64,000 nucleotides of DNA from the human T2T-CHM13v2.0 reference genome, Homo sapiens. The notes beneath the pieces are model-generated. The model was not told the DNA's origin and did not search any database. It was given only the letters and a program-made list of their open reading frames with translations. Both the position numbers and the translations under genes were made by a program. Shown here piece by piece: positions 12,921 to 25,924 of the stretch (position 1 is its first letter; the number at the start of each line of letters is the position of its first letter). The stretch lies in NCBI RefSeq assembly GCF_009914755.1, contig NC_060938.1. One strand, written 5' to 3'.

Positions 12921-13194
12921 CCCTGTGGGAGAAACCATTCATTTCCTCAAGGACCACTCCCAAAGACTTCTATGTTGATGAGAACACAACAGTCCGGGTG
13001 CCCATGATGCTGCAGGACCAGGAGCATCACTGGTATCTTCATGACAGATACTTGCCCTGCTCGGTGCTACGGATGGATTACAAAGGAGACGCAACCGTGT
13101 TTTTCATTCTCCCTAACCAAGGCAAAATGAGGGAGATTGAAGAGGTTCTGACTCCAGAGATGCTAATGAGGTGGAACAACTTGTTGCGGAAGAG
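12921..13194 (+). CDS. SERPINA4: Kallistatin, coding exon 2
   Basis: ttcag|(A)LWEKPF...VRVPMM...FILP...LLRK AG|gtaatc; 274 nt, ends phase 2. Confidence 0.97.
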
Positions 13195-14079
13195 GTAATC
13201 AGTGTGCTATGGGGGCTGAATCTACAGTACTATCCATCAAATGTAACTTTCTAATGAAAGACAGTGCCCCAAAATAGAGAGTGAACACCAAATTATGAGA
13301 GAATTCTCACTTGCTCTGAGAACTTCCATGGGCTTCCTTTAAATGATGAACTCTCCTGTTATATTTAAAATATGACTTCCCCCTCTTTAGGCAAAAAAGA
13401 ACCACAGTAGGAGTTCAGAGTCCTGGGTTCTAGACATAGCTCTTCCACTGCACAAGACTTGGGTCAAGTGACTCTTCCTCTCTGGGGGGTTACCTCTGTG
13501 CAATGAAGAGGTAGCCCTTCTGGCCCAGAAGGTTGACTAAGCTGCCATAGTGGGACTTAAAAAAACTCCATCCACCTACCCAAGGAATTAATAGGAAGGC
13601 TTCCCATCACTCTGGTTATGATTGGAAAAAGTCTTCAACCATATATAAGAAAAGGATCCTAGCCCAAGGGCACATGTGGATAGAAAATTCACACAACTTT
13701 CATGATGGAGAGAATCCAATCCAAAGAAATTAGCTGGTTCAAAAAGAATAAAACCCACAGGGCTATAACAGAGGCAAAGGCAAAACTGCCACCTGGCGAG
13801 GCTTACATCTGTCTCCCTGGGCACCTGAACACCCACAGGAAGCAACCTCTGAAGAGGGGTTCCCAAGGACGGGAGATCCCACAGACAGCAGGGCCTGGGT
13901 ACAAAGGAACCTGGCCTTTCAACATCCATTTGTGGGAGGTGGTCTGAGCCGAAGCTGTTTGTGGGGACAGAACTCAGATGGAATAGAGCCAGCTAGAGAG
14001 GGCCACCAAGGAGGGCTCTGCCCAGCAGGGATCCTGGCTTGTTCATTAATCTAATGTTCTAACTCAATGCCCCTTTCAG

Positions 14080-14239
14080 GAATTTTTACAAGAAGCTAGA
14101 GTTGCATCTTCCCAAGTTCTCCATTTCTGGCTCCTATGTATTAGATCAGATTTTGCCCAGGCTGGGCTTCACGGATCTGTTCTCCAAGTGGGCTGACTTA
14201 TCCGGCATCACCAAACAGCAAAAACTGGAGGCATCCAAA
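14080..14239 (+). CDS. SERPINA4: Kallistatin, coding exon 3
   Basis: ttcag|(R)NFYKKLELHLPKFSIS...ADLSGIT...EASK|gtaagt; 160 nt, ends phase 0. Confidence 0.97.
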
Positions 14240-14523
14240 GTAAGTCGTCAACAGTCAGCAATCCCTAGAGAACTCGGTAGGGCAGTGCCCATGGGAGCTG
14301 CCAGGCGATGGGGCTCCCAAGCTGCCACATGGAGTCTCAGAGCCTGAGTGTGTTCAGTCATCTACAGGCATCAGCATCCACCAATCAACCAGCCCTGGAC
14401 GTGGTGCTAGGTGCTGGAGATATAGTGTTGAACCAGCCCCTGCCCTCAGAGAGCTCTCCCAGTCTAGTCAGGGACACAGCGTCTTCATAGAGAGATAAAC
14501 GCAATGATAGAAAATGGAGGAGG

Positions 14524-14840
14524 GGCCGGGCATGGTAACTCATGCCTGTAATCTCAGCACTTTGGGAGGCCAAGGCAGGCAGATCACTTGAGGTCAGGAG
14601 TTTGAGACCAGCTTGGCCAAAATGGTGAAACTCCAACTCTACTAAAAATACAAAAATTAGAATGGTGTGGTGGCGGGTGGTGGGCACCTGTAATCCCAGC
14701 TATTCAGGAGGCTGAGGTAGGAGAATTGCTTGAGCCTGGGAGGCAGAGGTTGCAATGTGACCAGAGATCAGGCCACTGCACTCCAGCCTGGGTGACAAAG
14801 TGAGTGAGACTCCATCTCAAAAAAAAAAAAAAAGAAAAAA
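14524..14840 (+). mobile_element. Alu (AluS-like)
   Basis: Full dimer with poly(A) tail. Confidence 0.95.
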
Positions 14841-15345
14841 TAGAGGAAACAGAGAGGAGAGACACAGGTGAGGCTGCATTGGGTGCGTCTGTATTAGGGA
14901 GACTTTGCAGATAAGAGAAAGAGACTCAAGACTTCTGATAAGAAAAGTGCACGAGGGGGTAGAGCCTTGGGTTCAAGCTTGAATTCCGGTTCTTCCTCTT
15001 ATGGTTATTGAAAGAGTACTAGTTTCTGAATTTATTTTCCTCACTTTTAAAATGGACATCATACTGCTGACCTCTTAGGATGGCCATGAAGATCAAATAA
15101 GATGCATGCAAAGCCCCGGGCACAGAGCAAGTGCTCATTTAATGAGAGCTACCATGATTGTGTGTGGCAGGAGGTCTCTAGCTCAAAAATCCGCCCAAAT
15201 GAAATTCTTGCTGTGTTATCCCCAAGAAATGGCCTTGCAGGCTGTTATGTGCAATATTATTCCCTAGCAATTTCTGGCTCTCGCAGTCTTGTCCAGGCCC
15301 CCTCTCTTGCTGGCTTGGAGATAATGCTTGTGATTTTCCTCCCAG

Positions 15346-15546
15346 AGTTTCCACAAGGCCACCTTGGACGTGGATGAGGCTGGCACCGAGGCTGCAGCAG
15401 CCACCAGCTTCGCGATCAAATTCTTCTCTGCCCAGACCAATCGCCACATCCTGCGATTCAACCGGCCCTTCCTTGTGGTGATCTTTTCCACCAGCACCCA
15501 GAGTGTCCTCTTTCTGGGCAAGGTCGTCGACCCCACGAAACCATAG
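15346..15546 (+). CDS. SERPINA4: Kallistatin, last coding exon with reactive-centre loop (P2-P1-P1' Phe387-Phe388-Ser389 at 15421-15429)
   Basis: cccag|SFHKATLDVDEAGTEAAAATSFAIKFFSAQ...FNRPFL...GKVVDPTKP*. The four exons total 1284 nt = 427 aa + stop, the known kallistatin length. Confidence 0.98.
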   Translation, partial: SFHKATLDVDEAGTEAAAATSFAIKFFSAQTNRHILRFNRPFLVVIFSTSTQSVLFLGKVVDPTKP

Positions 15547-15834
15547 CCCTCCCAGGGCTGCTCATCTGTTCCAAGCAGGAGGATGTGGCAGGGGAGGGCT
15601 GGGAGTGAGTAGCTCTGTGTTTAGAGTTGGGGACAAGGATGACACCGAAGGTCCAGGAGTCCAGGACAGCAGGTGCTGGCCGGTGGGGAGCGGGGAGGGG
15701 CACTGAGATGGGCAGGGCCTGGACATTCCACACCCTGGTGCTGTGCAGCCTCTGGCAGAGCATCCGACCTCTTGGAGCAAGTTTCTGCCTCTGGAAAGGG
15801 GGCGGGCCCTTTTCACAACAGGCTGGTTGTACCG

Positions 15835-15840
15835 AGTAAA
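15835..15840 (+). terminator. SERPINA4: Candidate non-canonical poly(A) signal AGTAAA for SERPINA4 (second copy at 15894-15899)
   Basis: No AATAAA until ~16390; two AGTAAA variants lie 290-350 nt after the stop. Confidence 0.45.
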
Positions 15841-18800
15841 CAACACGATGCCATGAAGACCCTGGTTCAGTGTCTCGCACGTGGTAGACACTCAGTAAAT
15901 GCGTCCTCTGCCTGGCCCTCCTGGGTTTGCCCCAGACTCCCCTGGCAGACCTGGTCCCAGACACAAGGTATGAGAGCTCCAAGTCCCGTTCCAGTAGGTT
16001 ATCCAGGTTTATGGAAAGGGGACTGGGTGTGGGCAGTCAGCTGCCTCAGGCAGGGCTGGTACCTTGCTCCAGAGCAGGGGCTGAGAAAGCCACGGAAAGG
16101 CAGACACCACCAGGGCGGCTTCCACGGGGACCTGGTCAGAAGAGCCCAGTGAGGCACTGTCCCCTCCTGTGGCTACAGAGATGTGACCCGTGTCTCTCCC
16201 AGGACAATGGCTGCGGCCAAAGAGCACACTGCAGACCCAGAGACTCTTGCTTTTACATCCAGGCTCTGTGCTCTGGATCTTCAGGCAAATCCTCACCCTC
16301 TTGGGCCTCAGTTTCCCCACCTTTCTGGCCTAGGTGGTCCAGCTCAGACTGGTTGAGTATGTGGGGTGGATCCTCCCAGAGTCTGTGAGAATAAACCACC
16401 CCCTCCACAGGGCAAGGCAGGTGGATGAGATGTGGTTCTGTTTGCCCTGAGCCTCGGTGATTTCTGGCAAATGCAATTCTCTGGGTAGGACCTTGTGGTT
16501 TTCTTGGTGGCCAGGACATCAGTGGCAGCTGGGCTCCAGCATTGTCTCCAGCCCTTGACCATGGACACGGAGTTCCCGGGACAGTTAGAGCTGGGAACGG
16601 TCCAGCCAGGAAGGACATCTCCTTTCCTTTTCCTCGGCCTAGCTCACCCTGTGCTTTCAGGGCCGGGGCAACAGTTCCCACACGCTTTCCTATCAGCTGC
16701 TCATCCTCCTCCCAGGCAGGCCATTTCACTCCCACTCGGTGGCGTCCAGGTTGCCAGCATGTTCAAAACCAGAATTCCTGGGTTCAAGTCCCAGCTGTGC
16801 TCCTTAGAAGTAGTGTGATCCTGGGGAAGTCATTTCACGTCTCTGAGCCTCAGTATATTCATCTATAAAGTGGGATGATGATAACGCTACTGACCTCATA
16901 GGGCTGTTGGGAGGATTAAACAGTGACTGTATATGTCAAGTCTCACAACAGTGCTGTGCAAACATTAGCTATATTATTATTGCCCTCATTCCTGCAGCCC
17001 TGACAGTCAGTGCTGCCACCACAGGCTCTGAGCTGGGGGTCTCTCTCCACCAAATCCCACTGCCATCTGGGGACCCCAAACCTTTTTCACGTTGCCACTT
17101 TCGCTACTCAGGAAAATTGACACTGAGTCCCCGCAAGGAGAAGTTCCAAAAAGGCAGAAGATTTATAGGCCTTTCTCACCACACTGGCGCCTGAAGTTCC
17201 TAACTGATCTTCCAGAAGTTTCTAAATAAGACTTCAGCTCTCAGCTCTCCTCTCTTGGTAGATCCAGTGGGGGCAGAATCTCCCCTCAGAGTCTGTCCTG
17301 GACTGAAAGATTAGGGGCTGTTACTTTAGGACCAGCTCAAAGAATCTTCTAGGCTTTGGGAATCATGGCTGCTCGCCACATCCACTCCAGGGTGCTTGCT
17401 CAGTGTCCAGGAGGCCCAGGGCCGATACTGAAAACTCAGCCATGGGCTTCAGAACAAGACCCAGCTGTCTCAGGCTCTTGGCTCTGGCAAGCAGGATGTC
17501 TCACTGTCACAAACCCAGAATTTTCACCAAGGAGAAGGTGACCAGGGGAACAGGCCGGAGAGCGGCCTCCAGTGTTGATGACTGTTTAAGAGCCAAAATA
17601 TTCCAGTAATTGTGTGACATGGGGATCCCTGGCCCAAATAACGCTGCAACCACAGGAATAGGCTCACTGCCAGGAAACCAGGAAACCGATATTTGGAGCA
17701 ATAGACAGACTACTCTTGTACAGTGGAAAAGTCCTTGCAGAAGGGAGGAAGATGGAAGGGGAAAGCCCAAAAGCGTTCCTCTCCCTTCCTGCCCCTAAAA
17801 TATAGCCCTGAGCTGGACATGAGTGCAGCCTCAGGAGAACTTGACGAAGAAATGTTCCATACAGGAAATTGCCTGGCGAGGCCATTTTGAGTTAGTTATA
17901 CCAGCTCTGGGCTTCACTCAGGAGAAGCTGTCCAGTAAATGCCTGAGGGCACCCAAGGCCTCTGGGATTCAGGGGAATGCACGCTCTCCTTTGTACCCCT
18001 TGATTTTGTTGGCCCAAAAGCAAGCCTGCTAGCTCAAAGAGTGATTCATTTCCCCCTGTGCCTTCTGGGAAGTTGGATTCTGTTTTTCAACAACCAGGCA
18101 AGAAATGAAGTAAGGCCCAGGCTGACTCGCCCCCTCTTCTGTCCCTACAGAGGTACATGGGTGAGTGGATTCCAGGGTGGAAGACAAACCTGAAAGAAGG
18201 CCAAGGTCTAGGGTTACTATGGCAACAGCATGGCAGGGCGTGGTGATGTTGAATGACCGCGGCCCCGAAGTGATGAAGGAGAGAGAAAGGAAGCAGGTCT
18301 TCCTCAATTCAGCCTTGAGAGTGAAGCCTCCTTATTCTGATTAATCTCAACCCTCCACTACTCAAAAATAGTTGATGGCTCCCTATTGCCTACAAAATAA
18401 GGTTCAAAGGCCTCTATTTATAGTCAAGGCCCTCCCTGATCTGGTCACCCCCTGCCTGTTCTGCCTCAGTTCCTCCTCTTGCTCTCATGTACCCAGTGGC
18501 TGCAGTCACAGAAAGTCTTGTTTTCCCAGGTTTCCTATAGCGTCCTACCTCTAAGAATCTGCACTCTCTCAAGATCTCACAGATACCACTCACCTCCCTA
18601 AGGCAGACTGTCATCCCACCATCAAACGTGGTTGACCCGATAAGAATGTTTGCCCCCACCCCCACCATCCCTATTAGATAGGACATTTCAAAGGTGGGGA
18701 CCTGTTGACCCTGCTGACCCTGCATTCCTTCAGCTCACCTGGCCCCAGTGCCAGCTGGATATGAGAGAGGCCCAACTGATATTTGTTGCATGAATGAATG

Positions 18801-19364
18801 AATAAATGAATGAATGAATAGAAAAGGTTAAGCCAGAAGCAAGGTCACCGAGCTATTTGTTCTGCATCACCACCCCTTGACATGGCCCTGGAATTGATTG
18901 GGCAAATATTTAGTTCAGCTCCTCAGATTTCAAAATGCCCTTTTGGAGCATTAAAAAAAAAAAAAATTAAAAAGACTTCATGCAGGAGATCTTGCCTCTT
19001 TAGAGCAGTGCCTGAGTCCACTTTTCCCGTTGCTGCTCCCCTGTGGGGTCTCTCATTTGTGTGGCCCTTGTTACACCGCTAGAGAGGTAGGCCTCTCAAC
19101 AGCAGCAATGAGTGCTCGGAGGAACCGTGCCTGTTTGTGAGTTCAGAAGTTATCTTCCAGCAGGAAAACAAAGTCTTTCTGTACTTTGCAACTAGGGGAA
19201 AAGGCAGAGGAAGCCAATGTGAGTGGCAGTGATGTAGCCTAGTGGAAGGTGACAAGTTTGCACGACTCTAGTAAATTGGTGTGTAGAGAAATGCAGCGTG
19301 GGTTTATTCGGTTTTTCATTCTTTCATTCAACATCTAGTTACAGAGTGGGGTTTGGCCATGTTT

Positions 19365-20328
19365 GAGATAGGAGAAAACAAACTTTTTTTCAAGTTCTCA
19401 ACACTACAGTTCACCTCTGGTCACCAAAATGTGTGTGGGATTTCTCCAACCACCAAATTGTCCAGCAGACACTAACTGGGTGTCCTGCAGTTCAATTCAA
19501 TTCAATTCCAACACTATCTACCTGGAGATAATGTCGGATCCCATCAGTTAAGAGCTCTGTCGCACAAGACTGCCCCTACTTCAGATGCCAGTTGCAAGTA
19601 GTAGGCTGTCACCTATACTTTATGACCAACTGGCTATAAAGTGAGGTTCCCACAACTCCCTCCTCAGGTTCAGTTCATTAGCTAGGAGGGCTCACAGAAC
19701 TCAGGGAAACACTTACGCTTACTGGTCTATTTTATTAATAAAGGATACAGATGAACAGCCAGATAAAAGAGAGTCAGAGGGCCAGGTATAGGGTACTGGG
19801 CGCAGAGCTTCCATGTCCTCCCTCAGTGTACCACCCTCCAGAAGCCTCCGTCTTTCAGCTGCCCCAAAGTGCCCAAACCCTGTCCTTTTTGGGGTTTTTA
19901 TGGAGGTTTCATTACACAGGCATGATTGATTACATCATTGGCCACTGGTGACCAACTCAACCTGCAGCCTCTCTCCCATCTCAGGAGGTCATGAGGAGGG
20001 GGGTGAGCTGAAAGCTCCAACCCTCTAATTCCATGGTTGGTTTCCCTGGTAACCAGATTCTTTATGAGCCTACCCAGGAGCCCACCAAGACTTGCCTCGC
20101 TAGAAAAAAGATGTTCCTGTCACCCAAGAAACTGCAAGGGATCCAGGAGCTCTTCATCAGATGCTCTTGTCACTCTGGAAATTACTAAGCTCTCGGGAAT
20201 CAGGTCAAAGACCAAATATTAAACAAACGATTCTCTTAGTACCCCTATCTACAAGGATGCTAGAGGCACTGTCTCAGGTACTCGAGCCAGAGACTAAATG
20301 TATATTTCTTATTATTAATATGTCACAG
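19365..20328. mobile_element. MER21-like LTR
   Basis: cagcagacactaactgggtgtcctgcagttcaattcaattc...ctacctggagata...cacaagactgcccctacttcagatgcc resembles the recalled MER21 consensus. Confidence 0.65.
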
Positions 20329-20828
20329 TTTCACAGGCTGCTAGCCAGGAAGCCAGAGGGACCTCCCCAGTGTAAAATTTGGATTCAGACAAGGCTGCAG
20401 TCTCAGCTTCTTCACTAACAATGCACTGTGGGGCAATCGCTTTACCTGTTTGGGTCTTAATTTCCTCACCTGTACATGGCAGTGTCCTCTGGGCACAGAG
20501 ACCTACTGCAGCTGTGGCAGTGGAAATGGGAGGATGGACATGGGATCCGCTGAAGACACAGACCTGGGAGCCCCTGGCTTCTGACTCCATGGAGTGGGTG
20601 AAGGGCACACCAGTCTGCTTCATCCCTGACTGCCTGGGAGTGGGCCCTTATCGAAGAAGAGGCAGAACTAATATGAACAGCTCCTGTGCTCTGAGCACCT
20701 GCAATGAGCAAGGCACGGTGCCGAGTGCTTGCCAGGAGGTATGAAGAGGCCGCAAGCATCCAAGTATAGAACCTGGACTTTGGAGCCAGGATGCTTAAAT
20801 CTGAATCTGAAATCCAGCAATTACTGAG

Positions 20829-21264
20829 TGTATTTGTTTGCTAGTGCTGCTCTAAGGAAGGACCATAAATGATGTGGTTTAACCAACAGAAATACATTGT
20901 CTCTCAGTTCTGGAGGCCAGGAATCTAAGATCAGTGAGGAAGAATCTATTCCACACCTCTCCCCCAGCTTCGGAAGGTTTTCTGGCAATCTTGAATGTCC
21001 CTTAAATGTAGGAGCATCACCTCAATCTCTGCCTTTCTCCTCCTGTGGTGTTCTTTCTGCGTGACTGCTGGTGGCCAAATTCCTCCTTTGTAAAAGAACA
21101 CTAGTAATATCGGAGTAGGGGCCCACTCTACTCTGTTATGACCTCATTTTAACTAATTACGTCTGCAAGGACCCTATTTCTAAATAAGGTCATATCCTGG
21201 GGTGCTCCAGGTATGGGCTTCAACACGTGAATTTGGAGGGTTGGGGGCAATTCAACCCATAACA
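20829..21264 (-). mobile_element. MaLR (MLT1-type) solo LTR
   Basis: tgtatttgtttgctagtgctgc...ctcagttctggaggccagg...ttcaacccataaca. Confidence 0.7.
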
Positions 21265-22119
21265 CCGGGTGAGGGACTTGGGTGGTCTCTCTGTGCCTCA
21301 GTTCCCTCACCTATGGAATGGAGATGACAATACCTAACTCATAAACCTATCGTGGGTGTTTGCTGAGTTCCTGTACGTAAAGCACTTAAGCTAGTGGTTC
21401 AGCATTAGTGCCTTACAAATGTTAACTGCTGTTATCTCATTCATCTTTTGTAACAACTGTGTGCTGTGCAACAAGGGTGACAACTGGTATGCCTGCCAGA
21501 GCTGGGCAGGTCACACAAACAGACGAAGTGGGCTGCCAGTGATGGGGCCCAGGCAGGTGAGACAGTAAGAGCCCCCATTTAAAGGCATTCTGCTCAACAT
21601 TGTTACATAATAATCTATGGCATGAAACTCACCTATGGAGGCGAGAGCTCCTTGTTGCTCTTGATGTCAATGGAAAAAATTGACCATGACCTACCTGGTC
21701 CTTAGGTGGGGTTAACAGCTATTCTGAAAGAAGAATGCTGATTTGACAAGAACTGGGCGTGAAGCCAACCATGTGGTCTAGAAAGGACACAATTGCCTTT
21801 AAGCCAAGGCCTAAGCCTATCAAGACTGAGTTAATGAGGCTGCCCCATCAAGCCAGCGGAGGTCAGCCCTCACCAGCCCTGGCTGGCTCTCTGGCTGCAG
21901 AGTTGCTGAGCAGGGCTGGAGAACAGACCAAATGGGGCCAGCCAAGTTTGCACATCCTCAGAGCCACCCGCTCAAGTGTTTAGCTCTCCTGGGGTGATTG
22001 ACTTCAGTGGGAGCGTGGCTCTGCCATGATTCAGACTTCTGGCCTCCAGAACTGTGAGAGAGTGAATTCCTATTGTTTCAAGCCACCCAGTTTGTGGTGA
22101 TTAATTATGGCAGCCAACT

Positions 22120-23500
22120 AACATTCCTCTTTTCCTCCAATTTCATAAGAACAGGTGTTGCTCTTCTTGACACTCAGCTGTGTGTTCTCTTGGCCTCCTG
22201 CTCCCTGGGGGAGTCTCCTTCCATTAATAACCACCTTTAACCTCCCTTTCAGCTTCTTCCCCCAAACCTGGGAAGTCCCTCCTTCCAAGCCACAGCTCCC
22301 TCTGCCCCACCTCCTTCCCAGCCTTCTCATCAAGAAGCAATCTGCCTTGACCATCTCTTTGACTTCTCAGCCTGCTGGCCCTGGGCTCCTGCTCCCACCT
22401 TCCCACCCAGATCACCCTGGTGGATTCCATGGACCAGTGACCATCCTCATCTACTTGAATGTTCTGCTGCATCTGACACTGACAGTGACATCCCTTGTCC
22501 TCCCTTGTTTACTGCCCTGGTCCTCCTCCTTCCCAGCCATCATCACCTTTGTGAGCTCTCTCCCTCTCTGCTCAGGCTTATGCCGAGGGTCTCAGCGTTC
22601 TATGCTTCATCCTCTTCTCTTGTCCTCTCCTTGCCCCAGGACACCCCTGATCCCATGTGCTTCCTTCATTTTATTTCCTGTCTCTGTTCTTGCCTCCAAA
22701 TCTCTCTTTAGACCCATTCACCTGTGTCATCTCTGCCAGCAGGCACCACAGGCCCTTCAGGCTCACTAGGTCCAAAACTGAACTCATCATCCTCCATACA
22801 GGCTTCCAAAACCTACCCCTCAGCTCACACCAGGTCCATTCTCCTTCCTTAATGTGTCTCCTCCTCTCCAGCCTCACCCCCGCTTCCTTGGCCCACACCA
22901 CCATCATCTCTCGCTTGGATTATCACAGCAGTGTCACTTGGTCCTGTCTTGATCTCCAGGTGACCATACCCGTGACAGCCCAAGATAATTTATCCCTCCT
23001 TTACTTACAGAATGAAGTTCAACCCTGGTTCCCAACCCAGCAGGACTTCCAAGCCCTCCATCTGGCCCTGATCTGGCTTCTCTCTGTCCTCCCTTCCTCC
23101 TCTCTGATGGGCTCCCGGTGCCCCACCACCCCCTTAGCCTGTACTGCTATCACTCCTGTGGTTCTCTCAGCCCAAAATGCAGCCTCCCACTGCTGTGCTG
23201 TAAGCTATTCTGTCTGTTCACTCCTCTCCACCCAGCCAGGGCTGATAAAAACCTAGACAAGGTTCAAAAACCCAGATCCAAGGTCACCACCTTCACAAAG
23301 CTTTTCCTATTCCATTCCTCTCTCCAACCACGGGAGAATGGACCATTCCTCCCTGTGTGTCTTTATTGTGGAGACATGTGTCAGAGCATCGACTCTCTAT
23401 CTTTAGTTCATCTATTGAGATATTGATCTCTCTTCTTGAGGCCAGGGGTATTTTCTGGGACATGGTTAGATCTCAATAAACATTGATACTGGAGGGATGA
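22120..23500. mobile_element. Degenerate L2 LINE relic
   Basis: C/T-rich L2-like text (tccaaaactgaactcatcatc, caccatcatctctcgcttggattatc) ending in ctcaataaac next to the GGAT repeat. Confidence 0.5.
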
Positions 23501-23504
23501 AATG

Positions 23505-23760
23505 AAGGAAGGATGGATAGAAGGCTATAAGGATGGGTGGATGGATAAATGGATGGATGGATGGATGGATGGATGGATGGATGGATGGATGGATGGATAG
23601 ATGGATGGATGGAAAAATGGATAGATGGATGGGTGGATGGATGAATGGATGGATGGATGGATGGATGGATGGATGGATGGATGGATGGATGAATATATGG
23701 GTGGATGGATGGAAGGAAGGAAGGAAGGAAGGAAGGAAGGAAGGAAGGAAGGAAGGATGG
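23505..23760. repeat. Compound (GGAT)n-(GGAA)11 microsatellite
   Basis: Direct reading; pure GGAA x11 at 23711-23754. Confidence 0.97.
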
Positions 23761-24421
23761 TAGAAGAAAGGTAGTACCAGTATGCTTTAGCTCATGCAGG
23801 CAAACAGATGATGGGCAGAGGGAAGCATGGTGGCTGATTACAGGAGGATCATAGCAGATGTTTAAGGCAAGATTGACAGCCCCACAAAGACTGAGAAGAG
23901 AAGATAAGAAAAATGGGAAAGTTATTAAGACACAAGACCTAGATCAGGAGCTAGAAGCTGGATCCCAGAACAAGGCAAGAGCCTAATGACTCGAGTAGTC
24001 AACTCATCCCAGTTTGCCAAGGTCTTTGCCAGTTTTAGCACTGAATATCCCACACCATCGGAAATTACTCAGTCCCAGCAAATTGGAATGGTTGGTCACC
24101 CTACTAGTAATTAAGACCAGTGCCCCACTTCAGAGCAGAAGCATCAGCCAGGCCCTGAGTGACATCTTGTAGGCTCTTGAACTGGTCTCACTCAATCCCC
24201 ATGAGGCCCAGTACCATGGAACAGAGGGCAGGGAGGCTGAGGGCCAAGCAGAGGAGCACCTGTGCTCAGCAGGGCAAGGCATCACAGGGGCCAACATTGG
24301 TTTCCCTGCCCTTCTCCCAGAAACCACCTCCCCACTTTGATCCTTTCCCATGCCCTGCTAGGCTCTAGGACACCAAATTCTCATATTCTAGCCACTGGCC
24401 CTCCCTAGGCAGTCACCCTGG

Positions 24422-24900
24422 GTGTTATGGACTGAATTGCTTCTCCCGCAAATTCTTATGTTGAAGTTTTAGCCCTCAGTGTGACTGTAGAGATTGGGCT
24501 TTTAGGGAGGTAATTAAAGTTAAATAAGGTTATAAGGGTGGCACTCTAATCTGATAAGATTGGTGCCCTTTTAAGAAGAGGAAGAGTAATCAGAGAGCTC
24601 GCTCTCTTCCTCTGCCCAATCCCTCTCTTGGGGGGTGTGTGTGTGTGTATGTGTGTGTGTGTGTGTGTGTGTCCAGTGTGGGCTCACAGGGAAGAGGTCA
24701 TGGGCGAACAGAGTGAAGGCAACCATCTATAAGTGCCAGAGAGCCCTCACCAGAGACCAACCCTGACGGCACCTTGACCTTGGATTTCCAGCGTCCAGAA
24801 CTGTAAGAAAATACATTTCTATTGTTTAAGACATCCAGTGTGTGTTTAAGCCAGGCCAGTGTGAGGTATTTTGTTACAGCAGCCAGAGAAGACTGATACA
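24422..24900 (+). mobile_element. MaLR (MLT1A/B-type) LTR containing a (GT)n run at 24636-24672
   Basis: tgttatggactgaattg...accttgaccttggatttccagcgtccagaactgtaagaaaatacatttc...agactgataca. Confidence 0.75.
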
Positions 24901-25196
24901 CTGGGGTGCCATGCCCCCGAGACTCCTTCCAAATCTCTCCTTTCAAAACGCACCACCCTCAGTCCTGATTCCTTCAGAGCTCTTTCTGCATGGCAGTGGG
25001 AGTCATGAGTTACCTCAGACTTTCCCCCAAATTCTCAAGACATTCCTTAAGATGTAAGCTTGGGAAACGGCATGTGATGTCTTTCCCTCGTGGGTGGTCA
25101 GAGCACAGACAGCACACACAGGCTGGAGACGGCCCACAGGAAAGGTGGGCTAACCACCTTTCCCAAAGTAGTTTCATCTGGAACCCATTTGGGCGG

Positions 25197-25665
25197 TGTT
25201 ACACTAGTTTCTGATGGCTGCTCTAAGAAGTTATCACAAACAGTGGCTCAGACAACACAAAATTCTTCTTTCATGGTTGAAGAGGCCAGAGGCCTCACTG
25301 GGCTAGAATGAGGATATTGGCAGGGCTCCACTCTTTCTGGAGGCTCTAGGGGAGGATCCATTCCTTTCCCTCTCCAGCTTCTAGAAGCTTCCTCACTCCT
25401 TGGCACCTGGCTCCGACATCACATTGACTTTTCCCTTCCTGCTTCTACCATCACATCACCTTCTTCTGACTCCAATCTCCTGCCTCTTTCTTGCAAGGAT
25501 CCTTGTGATTGTAATTAGGACCCAGCTGGATAATCCATGACAATCTCTTCAAGATCCTTAACTTAATCACATCTGCAAAGTCCCTTTTGTCATAGAACGA
25601 TAACATTCACAGGTTCTGGGTATTAGGACACGGATAACTTCGGGGTTCCATTACTCACCCATAAC
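25197..25665 (-). mobile_element. MaLR (MLT1-type) LTR
   Basis: ctggaggctctagggggaggatcc...ttccagcttctagaag...cttaatcacatctgcaaagtccc. Confidence 0.65.
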
Positions 25666-25924
25666 TGGTATGCAGTGCTGATTTCCATCCTGTAGGTACG
25701 GTTTAGGGATCTCTAGGTCAATGAGATAATGGACTCTTGCTCATGTTACATGGCATAATGGGAAGAAAGCCAAACCTAGAAAAAGAGGGACTCAGGTTCC
25801 CTTGTTAGAGCCTCTTCTTACTAACTGTGGGATTAGGGGCTGATTCCCTGACCTGCTGTGTTCTGTCTTCTCTCCAATTCAATGGGAATGAACTGTGAGG
25901 GCACTGAGCAAAAACTAAGGTCTC

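Noticed and set aside
22155-23256. 204-aa and 199-aa Leu/Pro/Ser-rich ORFs
   Set aside because: They lie in a C/T-rich degenerate L2 relic and reflect composition
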